Assembly (NCBI GenBank): GCA_042218075.1
Contig: JBDGRK010000020.1
Coordinates: 1-22,688, forward strand
Source of the DNA: Candidatus Nanohaloarchaea archaeon
GTDB taxonomy: Archaea; Nanohalarchaeota; Nanosalinia; Nanosalinales; Nanosalinaceae
DNA length: 22,688 nt
Direction: 5' to 3'
Shown: piece by piece, positions 16,838 to 22,688 of the stretch
Numbering within the stretch: position 1 is the stretch's first letter
How the letters are laid out: the number at the start of each line of letters is the position of its first letter
Made by a program: the position numbers and the translations under genes
Notes under the pieces: model-generated
Database searches by the model: none
Told to the model about the DNA's origin: nothing
The model's input: only the letters and a program-made list of their open reading frames with translations

Positions 16838-17191
16838 TCAGGCGTTGATCTCTGCATCCACTTCGACGTGTTTCTCGGCCAGGGCAAAGAACTGATCCGT
16901 CACTTTGTCGCAGTCAAGGTTATGCATGCATTCCGTGCAGTAAACCAGTTCAGGTCCTGGAATAGCGTTCGTGACGAATGTAAAGAATTTCCTGTCTTCT
17001 AATACGTTGTCTCCGCAGTTGTGACAATCTGCTTCTTCAATTTCCAGTTGCACGCTTTCTTTCCAGACAGAGACAGTGTATCCTCTGGCCTGCAGCACTT
17101 GAAGATTTTTAATTGATTCTTCTGGGAAATCTTCTAGTTCGCCTGATTTGAGTTCGTCTATCGACGCTACCGTGTTTTCGAACTGTTTCAT
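16838..17191 (-). CDS. Hypothetical Zn-binding protein
   Basis: CHNC...CTEC motifs; ATGA coupling with the upstream gene. Confidence 0.75.
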   Translation of the reverse strand: MKQFENTVASIDELKSGELEDFPEESIKNLQVLQARGYTVSVWKESVQLEIEEADCHNCGDNVLEDRKFFTFVTNAIPGPELVYCTECMHNLDCDKVTDQFFALAEKHVEVDAEINA

Positions 17192-17382
17192 GGTTTCTCA
17201 CCTTTCTCGGAGTAGTATATTTTCTGGCTGTCTTCAATTTTGTAGCTGATGTCAGGGTAGTTGATCAAGCTCGCCATGTTTTTGTCTACCGTGGATTTGC
17301 TTAATCCTGTTTCTTCCACGATCTCTTCCTTTGTCAACGGTCCTTTTTCCTTTAGAAGTTTTGAAACCGAGTTCATACTCAT
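17188..17382 (-). CDS. Winged-helix DNA-binding protein
   Basis: LLKEKGPLTKEEIVEETGLSKSTVDKNMASL; ATGA overlaps on both sides. Confidence 0.8.
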   Translation of the reverse strand: MSMNSVSKLLKEKGPLTKEEIVEETGLSKSTVDKNMASLINYPDISYKIEDSQKIYYSEKGEKP

Positions 17383-17768
17383 TTCGGAATATTCACCCTT
17401 TCGAGTACGGATTCGCCTAGAGAGTTTATCTGGTAGAATATCCGCCGGTCCTCGATACCTTTCTTTTCGATCAAGTTGTATTTTTTCAGTTTATTTAAGT
17501 GGTAGTAGACTTTGGATTTGCTCATGTCAAGATCCTTGGCTATACTGTAGACATAGTCTTGGTTCTGCAGATGTGCCAGTATTTTTCTAGTGCTTCTATT
17601 CCCGATTTTCCGTGCTATCAGATCCGGATCTAGTTTTTCACTGTTTTGTTCTTGCTTTCCCTTGCCTTTTCCGTTATTTCTTACTTCCTGACTATCATTT
17701 GATCTTTCAATTTCTCCATAAGTTTCACCGTAATTTGACCCTTCCTTTTGACTCCTTGAATTCTTCAT
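17379..17768 (-). CDS. ArsR-like winged-helix transcription regulator
   Basis: STRKILAHL...YSIAKDLDMSKSKVYYHLNKLKKYNLIE...YQINSLG. Confidence 0.85.
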   Translation of the reverse strand: MKNSRSQKEGSNYGETYGEIERSNDSQEVRNNGKGKGKQEQNSEKLDPDLIARKIGNRSTRKILAHLQNQDYVYSIAKDLDMSKSKVYYHLNKLKKYNLIEKKGIEDRRIFYQINSLGESVLERVNIPK

Positions 17769-20700
17769 TCAGCTCTTCACCTCGGCTTCAACTTTCCATT
17801 TTCCATTATCTCTTTTTGCCAAATCTCTTTCTTCAAGAGAATTAAGAATCTCTCCCGCTTTTTCTATTTCTATCCCTGTGGATTTTGACACTTTATGAGA
17901 TCCTGCTTTAGGATAATGTTTGATGAATTTGAGGACCCTTTCTACCTGTTCATCAAGATCATCTACTGAGGATATTGAGGATATTGAAGATATTGAGGAG
18001 TTTTCAGTATGCTCAGTAGATTCAGAGGGATGATTTTTACTACTATCTTGATTTTCATTGTCAACAAGATCATCAATATATTCGGTTAAATTATAGCGAG
18101 TCATTGAATCCTTGAAAGTAGTCTTATCGATCTCCAAACAAGTATACCCTTCCTGATCCTTAACCTTCATGCTATCAGACCGTATAAGGTCATAATCCCT
18201 CAACCTCTTCCCAACTCCCTGACTAGAAAGCTGATAATCCTCACTTCTGTCCAATTCCTCATTAACATATTCTGCAAGGTCCTGGAATCTTATTCTTATC
18301 TGATCGGCTTCTTTATCATTAAAATCGAGAATTATTTTATCCAGAATTGTCTGAACGGTTTTCGATATGTCAGATACGCCGCTTATATCCTCTTCTTCCT
18401 TTATTCTCGACTTAAGCTTGGTAGCCCTATCTTCCCCTTTGAAATATTTGAGAATTCCGCAGAATAATGCTATCTTATCAGCCTCTCTTCCAGATACATT
18501 CAACTTATCTCGATAACTGGAAACTTGATCGGTAATTTTTTCCCAGTTAAATAATGTGAACGCCGATATATGATTTCTCAGTTGTTGAGCCTCCCCCTTA
18601 TTCTCCATTTCGATCTTTGCAGGATCGTCCATATCCTCATCCGTCCTGACAGTTTTTAGGAAGACGCACCTGCTTTCAAAACTGTCAGCCCAACCCTTGA
18701 TACTGTTTGCACTAATCTTCTTAGGATTGAAGCTGTATATTGAAGTAATCTGGTCTTCGATTCCAACCCTATCAGGATCCGCGATTGGATAACTACCGTT
18801 TTTCCTGTATCCTGAATTAAATAATTGCTCAGTATCGCTTCTTGATTCCTCACTTCCTTTCTCAGTTTCCTCGAGATTGAGGCTGGCCTGGAAGCTATGA
18901 GCGAATCGTATACTGGCCTTTGGAGTACCAACATTAGGTCCCAAACCGTTGTATTCAAGCCAAGAGGAGGCAAGTTGAAGATTGGTTTTTCCTGTATCTG
19001 GTTCACCGTGAAGGTATAGATAGAAAGTATACCCTATTGGCGTGATCAAGTATGTGTGGACAATATAAGCGGCGATTAAATCATACCATTCTTCGTGGTA
19101 ATGATTCCAATAGCGTTTGATAAACTCAATTATTTCATCAAATAACTGTTCCTTGTTCTTGATTTGGTCAGGATTTTTGACCAGTTTTATAACCTGGTTT
19201 GTGGGAGCTCTGATCTGTGGAGCGGGCTTGTCCGCTATTTTGTGCTTGAATTGAACTTCTTCATCGTTCAGGTTTATATAGTCATAATCTATTGCCTGCT
19301 TGTCTTTCTTTGGTACTTCCTTCCATTTTCCCTGCTCTTCCAACTCAATCTTTCGTTCAGATTTCTTATTTCTTATTTGCTTGATCTGTCCATCACTTGT
19401 TATTATTGCCTTACGGAATCTTCCTCTTTCTTGATCGTATATCCATATTGTCTGGAAGAAAGTTCCATTGACTACTCCGGTCAGCCTTTTTTTCACTGGT
19501 TGCTTTGCCTCGGCAAGTTGGTCAATTTTCCCCTCCCAACTCTGATCATACTGAGAATATTGCTCAGTATTCTCAATATCTTCAATATCTTCAGTAGATT
19601 CCGCTCTTAATTCTTTAAGTTCGTCTTCAAGTTTGGGTTTTTTGACAGGCAACTTCGTGAGTATAGGATCTATATCTATATCTGACCAATCTTTCACTAG
19701 GTTAAGAACCTCTTTACACTTCTCACCTTGTTTCCTATTGTCTGCATTTTTAGCCTCTTGAATTAGTTGATCTAGGAAAGTTTTTGCATCTTCAATCAAT
19801 CCTGTCAAATCATATCCGTTTTCACTGGTCCAGTCATCAAGATCCATGCCCTCTGGCAGGTCAATCATGTACGGGTTCACACCGTTTTCAAGTAGTAATT
19901 CCGCTGTCTTTCTCTGTCCTTTCTGCCCTGGACCGTCCTGATCCATGGCTATATACACATTTTCAGCGTGCTGAACTCTTTCAACCACTTTCTCAACTTC
20001 TTTATTTGAAAACCGTGTGGTGACAGGGCTGACAACTGTAAAACCTGCCTTATTGGCGCTTATTGAATCCGTAATGCCTTCGGTAATAAACACTCCGTCT
20101 TTCTCACCTTGAAGCTCGTACGGAGTGTTTTTGATGTAATCAGTCGTGTAGTTCTTCTTGTACTTTGCATCGCTATCGCTCCCCGGCAACCTTCTGCCGA
20201 TAGTGAATACGGTTCTATTACCTTGAAGGTAGGGCCATATTATCCGGTTTTCTAAATGTGAATAAAGTTCACCATCTTCGCTTTGCCCGAAAAACCCTGA
20301 GTCTAGAAGAGCTTGCTTATCAAAACGCTGTTTCAATATTTCGATGTCGTCAGATGTAGGTATTCCGGGCCTTGATTTTTCAATATCCTCTTCTTCAAAA
20401 CTTCTTCTTTCCTTAATATCTTCCAATATATCGGAGTGCCTCTTTTTCAAGCTGTCATGCGCTAATTCTGTTGCTTTGGTCAGAACTTGAATCGCTTTCT
20501 GCTTCCTGTCGACATCTTCTTTGTCAACATCTTTGAACTCTTCAGGAAAGTGTTCTTTTAACCATTCAACTGCCTTATCAACTGAATTCCATCCCTTTGT
20601 GTGCATGACTAAAGTCGCTGGACTCTCTCCACCTTCTCCGTGGCATGCAAAGTGGCTTCCGTGGTAAACCGACAGATCGCCGGTATCCAGGTCGCATTCA

Positions 20701-20780
20701 GGACAGTAATAGTCTGTTCTGTCACTGTATCTACCTTCTACTTGCAAATCCAGTTCTTCAGCTATTTGTTTCAAGTTCAC
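17769..20780 (-). CDS. Replication protein: Zn finger + DnaG-like TOPRIM primase + P-loop ATPase/helicase (DUF3631-associated type) + C-terminal wHTH
   Basis: CPEC...ACH; ENRIIWPY, IGRRL and KY (DnaG catalytic core); ITEGITDSIS, AMDQDGPG and DLDDW (TOPRIM); GEPDTGKT (Walker A), LNLEETE (Walker B-like), FNSGY, FESRC, GREAD; KRLRDYDL; terminal helix-turn-helix-wing. Confidence 0.85.
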   Translation of the reverse strand: MNLKQIAEELDLQVEGRYSDRTDYYCPECDLDTGDLSVYHGSHFACHGEGGESPATLVMHTKGWNSVDKAVEWLKEHFPEEFKDVDKEDVDRKQKAIQVLTKATELAHDSLKKRHSDILEDIKERRSFEEEDIEKSRPGIPTSDDIEILKQRFDKQALLDSGFFGQSEDGELYSHLENRIIWPYLQGNRTVFTIGRRLPGSDSDAKYKKNYTTDYIKNTPYELQGEKDGVFITEGITDSISANKAGFTVVSPVTTRFSNKEVEKVVERVQHAENVYIAMDQDGPGQKGQRKTAELLLENGVNPYMIDLPEGMDLDDWTSENGYDLTGLIEDAKTFLDQLIQEAKNADNRKQGEKCKEVLNLVKDWSDIDIDPILTKLPVKKPKLEDELKELRAESTEDIEDIENTEQYSQYDQSWEGKIDQLAEAKQPVKKRLTGVVNGTFFQTIWIYDQERGRFRKAIITSDGQIKQIRNKKSERKIELEEQGKWKEVPKKDKQAIDYDYINLNDEEVQFKHKIADKPAPQIRAPTNQVIKLVKNPDQIKNKEQLFDEIIEFIKRYWNHYHEEWYDLIAAYIVHTYLITPIGYTFYLYLHGEPDTGKTNLQLASSWLEYNGLGPNVGTPKASIRFAHSFQASLNLEETEKGSEESRSDTEQLFNSGYRKNGSYPIADPDRVGIEDQITSIYSFNPKKISANSIKGWADSFESRCVFLKTVRTDEDMDDPAKIEMENKGEAQQLRNHISAFTLFNWEKITDQVSSYRDKLNVSGREADKIALFCGILKYFKGEDRATKLKSRIKEEEDISGVSDISKTVQTILDKIILDFNDKEADQIRIRFQDLAEYVNEELDRSEDYQLSSQGVGKRLRDYDLIRSDSMKVKDQEGYTCLEIDKTTFKDSMTRYNLTEYIDDLVDNENQDSSKNHPSESTEHTENSSISSISSISSVDDLDEQVERVLKFIKHYPKAGSHKVSKSTGIEIEKAGEILNSLEERDLAKRDNGKWKVEAEVKS
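17964..18027. repeat. 9-bp-period repeat cluster A (4 forward + 2-3 inverted TAYTGAR units)
   Basis: TACTGAG 17964, TATTGAG 17973, TATTGAA 17982, TATTGAG 17991; inverted TTCAGTA 18003, CTCAGTA 18012, degenerate TTCAGAG 18021. Confidence 0.85.
19549..19601. repeat. 9-bp-period repeat cluster B (1 forward + 4 inverted TAYTGAR units)
   Basis: TACTGAG 19549; inverted CTCAGTA 19563, CTCAATA 19572, TTCAATA 19581, TTCAGTA 19590. Shares TCAGTAGATTC with cluster A. Confidence 0.85.
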
Positions 20781-20899
20781 ATTATCAGACTCATAGTCTT
20801 TTCAGTTTCAACTGGTTTTTCGCTGCAACTGCATTGACCCATATTCTCACGGTCGCTCCAGTATTCTTGACCGCATTCTTTGCATTTCCAGAGAATCAT
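20777..20899 (-). CDS. Small Zn-finger-like protein (40 aa)
   Basis: MILWKCKECGQEYWSDRENMGQCSCSEKPVETEKTMSLIM; SD GAGGTGA; TGA overlaps the primase GTG. Not in the ORF track. Confidence 0.7.
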   Translation of the reverse strand: MILWKCKECGQEYWSDRENMGQCSCSEKPVETEKTMSLIM

Positions 20900-21039
20900 G
20901 CTTTCACCTCTCCCGTCTGTATGATTTCCTCTTTAAAGCAAAAAGGACACAAATCCCGATGGGTCACTTCTTGAAGCCACCAAGCCACCAAAAATTCTTC
21001 ATCCAATCTCAAGTCGCAGCTGCGGCATCGGTAGTTCAT
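20896..21039 (-). CDS. Small Zn-finger protein (47 aa)
   Basis: MNYRCRSCDLRLDEEFLVAWWLQEVTHRDLCPFCFKEEIIQTGEVKA; ATGA overlaps on both sides. Not in the ORF track. Confidence 0.75.
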   Translation of the reverse strand: MNYRCRSCDLRLDEEFLVAWWLQEVTHRDLCPFCFKEEIIQTGEVKA

Positions 21040-21221
21040 TCTACCCCATCCTCTTTGTAGTAGTTGTCTATGATTTCACGGAGCTTTTTGCTGGCGTTTC
21101 CTGTTTCTTGAAGCTTCTCAAGCTGGTCTTCTCCAATGTAAAACGTTTTCTCTGTCTTCTCACGTTCAATAGAATCGGAGTTCTTGTAGAACTTCTTTTC
21201 AACAGCCAGTTCTTGAACCAT
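21036..21221 (-). CDS. Ribbon-helix-helix-like DNA-binding protein
   Basis: KTFYIGEDQLEKLQETGNASKKLREIIDNY fits a strand-helix-helix pattern. Confidence 0.7.
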   Translation of the reverse strand: MVQELAVEKKFYKNSDSIEREKTEKTFYIGEDQLEKLQETGNASKKLREIIDNYYKEDGVE

Positions 21222-21318
21222 CTTGTGTCACACCGCTTTCGCCTGGACCGTTGCCGCGGTCCGTTTCTTTGATTTTATTTCTGAATGATTCTCGGAGGTA
21301 TTCCTCTACATCCTTCAT
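21199..21318 (-). CDS. Possible 39-aa hypothetical protein
   Basis: ATG directly after the upstream TAG; MKDVEEYLRESFRNKIKETDRGNGPGESGVTQDGSRTGC fills the operon gap. Confidence 0.4.
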   Translation of the reverse strand: MKDVEEYLRESFRNKIKETDRGNGPGESGVTQDGSRTGC

Positions 21319-21492
21319 CTATGCTTCAGCCTCCGCGACTGGTTTAATTCCAAGTTCCTTTTCCAGCTGGTTTAACTGCCTCATAAGACCTCTGCGACCG
21401 ATTTCCGATTTAGCCATACCTGTCTCCTCAACTATCCGGTCGAGTCTTTCTTCCAACTGGTCTGGGATTTGAATGTGGAAGTGATTGTTCAT
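21319..21492 (-). CDS. CopG/RHH-family DNA-binding protein (57 aa)
   Basis: MNNHFHIQIPDQLEERLDRIVEETGMAKSEIGRRGLMRQL is a canonical RHH pattern. Not in the ORF track. Confidence 0.8.
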   Translation of the reverse strand: MNNHFHIQIPDQLEERLDRIVEETGMAKSEIGRRGLMRQLNQLEKELGIKPVAEAEA

Positions 21493-21555
21493 GGTTTGTC
21501 AACCTCTGATCTGGGTCGGTAAAAGATTAGACCCACTTTTAAACACCAGTGAAAT

Positions 21556-21572
21556 TTATAACACCGTTATAA
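21556..21572. promoter_or_regulatory. Inverted repeat, putative operator upstream of the replication operon
   Basis: TTATAAC-acc-GTTATAA perfect 7-bp inverted repeat in an AT-rich gap upstream of the CopG-like gene. Confidence 0.45.
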
Positions 21573-21777
21573 CTATTTTTTGGAGAGACGCGAAACTCTG
21601 AAAACCAGTTATAGAGCTTTTTCAACCAGGTAACTAGGCCTGTTTTATAAGTAGATTTTTCAGGTTCAAACTTAACAACGACAATGCCAGCAATCTGCTT
21701 ATCCACCTTATCAGACGATTTCTTTTTGCCGTTAAACTCAAAATCGCTGTTACCGCCGTTTACTACCCTTTCAGGTT

Positions 21778-21921
21778 TCAAAGTTGTTCCGCTCCTTTCA
21801 GGAAGGCTTCTCTGAATACTTCTCCTGGGCTCATGTCTTTTTCCTTTGCTTTCTGCCGAGCTGTTCTTTCCACCTTTTCATCGATCAGCCACGGTGCCTC
21901 TTTCAACGTGTCGTAGCTCAT
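21778..21921 (-). CDS. RHH-like protein (47 aa)
   Basis: MSYDTLKEAPWLIDEKVERTARQKAKEKDMSPGEVFREAFLKGAEQL; starts 6 nt after the upstream stop. Not in the ORF track. Confidence 0.65.
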   Translation of the reverse strand: MSYDTLKEAPWLIDEKVERTARQKAKEKDMSPGEVFREAFLKGAEQL

Positions 21922-21927
21922 GGAAAA

Positions 21928-22272
21928 TCACAGCTCCGACTGCAGAAGCGCATCCACAATGTTGGTTTCTGTCACATCCTCTTCCTTGGCTTTTTCCCTC
22001 AGTTTTTCACGAGCTTCTCTGGATAGAGCAAACGTTTTTTTCTTCAAAGCTGGGTCTTCTCTTTTAGGGTTCTGCGGTTTCACCATGTTAACTGTGGCTG
22101 AATTGCAGTAAGTGCCTTCCTGGTGGTACTCAAGCAGGTCATCAACCCGGCTTTTGTCTTCTAGGTCCATGGCGATTATCCGGTTGCATACGTTGCAGAT
22201 TACGTTGAATGTGGCGTTTTCTTGGTTTTCAACTAGTCCTGGCGGAATGTTTTCGTGGTTATCGGAACTCAT
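21928..22272 (-). CDS. Zn-finger + RHH fusion protein
   Basis: CNVC...H...C followed by KKKTFALSREAREKLREKAKEEDVTETNIVDALL; ATG 22272 preferred. Confidence 0.75.
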   Translation of the reverse strand: MSSDNHENIPPGLVENQENATFNVICNVCNRIIAMDLEDKSRVDDLLEYHQEGTYCNSATVNMVKPQNPKREDPALKKKTFALSREAREKLREKAKEEDVTETNIVDALLQSEL

Positions 22273-22338
22273 GGAATACACACCTATACTTATATATACT
22301 TATTTCCCTTTAAATATCGTATGGATTTATACACATAC
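22273..22338. promoter_or_regulatory. Divergent promoter region between two RHH genes
   Basis: TATA-like TATATATAAG (minus) near 22289-22298 and TTTAAATA (plus) at 22309-22316; repeated ATACAC/ATAC units. Confidence 0.55.
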
Positions 22339-22488
22339 ATGGTGACAGATGACTCTGAACGAAAGAAAAGAGTGAATATAACACTTGGAGAAAAACACCT
22401 AGAAGCAATTGAAGAAGAGGCTCTTAACCTTTCCAAATTCGTACGTAAAAGAATCGAACAAAAATACCCAGAATACTTTAAGGATTAA
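22339..22488 (+). CDS. RHH DNA-binding protein (49 aa)
   Basis: MVTDDSERKKRVNITLGEKHLEAIEEEALNLSKFVRKRIEQKY; start moved to ATG 22339. Confidence 0.8.
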   Translation: MVTDDSERKKRVNITLGEKHLEAIEEEALNLSKFVRKRIEQKYPEYFKD

Positions 22489-22500
22489 AGAGTCAAATCA

Positions 22501-22688
22501 ATGTTTTCTGAAAAAAACGGCAATATAAAAGCCCTATACTTGATAATCGGTATTTTCGTAATAGGAGGGTTTCTCAATTTTGCGATAACACCGACCGTTA
22601 CCAGCGATACCTATGAAGATAAACACATAAAACTGGAGTTTCCTTTAGGCTTCCACGAAGAAGAAGCGGAACCTGGTCTGAAACAGTA
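22501..22688 (+). CDS. Membrane-anchored or secreted protein, N-terminal fragment (runs off window end)
   Basis: MFSEKNGNIKALYLIIGIFVIGGFLNFAITPTVTSDTYEDKHIKLEFPLGF...; open to the window end with one TM or signal helix. Confidence 0.65.
   Translation, partial: MFSEKNGNIKALYLIIGIFVIGGFLNFAITPTVTSDTYEDKHIKLEFPLGFHEEEAEPGLKQ

Larger units (their letters stand above)
14789..22688. mobile_element. Integrated element (provirus or integrative plasmid) adjacent to tRNA-Asn; right end beyond the window
   Basis: Tyrosine integrase 66 nt after the tRNA 3' end, a primase-helicase, many tiny DNA-binding and Zn-finger ORFs with overlapping start/stop codons, and visibly more AT-rich DNA in the replication gene. 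No second att site seen. Confidence 0.88.

Noticed and set aside
17964-18027. CRISPR array
   Set aside because: 9-bp tandem units without spacers, inside a coding region; no cas genes.
20974-20991. AAGCCACC tandem duplication
   Set aside because: Only two copies inside a small ORF, with no recurrence noticed elsewhere.
21457-21466. CTGGTCTGGG matching the tRNA-Asn 3' end (14777-14786) as a possible attR
   Set aside because: Only 10 bp, inside an RHH coding sequence, and element-type genes continue beyond it.
21539-21781. 80-aa ORF from the track
   Set aside because: TTG start, basic composition, no motif, and it overlaps AT-rich promoter-like repeats. Not fully excluded because it overlaps the upstream stop (TTGA).
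707-22345. Many antisense or overlapping ORFs in the track (e.g. 2095-2433, 2406-2621, 6403-6774, 7958-8401, 15127-15522, 15907-16467, 19164-19610)
   Set aside because: They overlap well-supported genes and are Ser/Phe/Leu-rich shadows of acidic coding strands, or alternative frames without motifs.

Overview
Compact archaeal chromosome segment with a very acidic proteome, overlapping genes and TATA-box promoters. It is most consistent with a nanohaloarchaeon (DPANN); this is inferred from composition only. Left part (1-14788) is housekeeping: the FEN1 N-terminus, two D-2-hydroxyacid dehydrogenases, EF-1beta and a Zn-ribbon gene, an intron-containing tRNA-Arg(GCG), DUF192, NMD3, a THUMP-type RNA methyltransferase split by one in-frame TAG, the conserved aIF1A-RIO1-Dim2/Pno1-top6B-top6A cluster, and an intron-containing tRNA-Asn(GTT). 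Top6B carries two mutually similar LAGLIDADG inteins only 60 codons apart. Right part (about 14789 to beyond the window end) is an integrated element next to tRNA-Asn. It encodes a tyrosine integrase, an in-frame downstream HTH micro-protein, a 1003-aa bacterial-DnaG-like primase fused to a P-loop ATPase, and many tiny RHH, HTH and Zn-finger genes. The most unusual signal is two mirror-image clusters of a 9-bp-period TAYTGAR repeat inside the two linkers of the primase-helicase gene, a candidate bipartite replication origin. All calls come from motif reading; no database searches were run.
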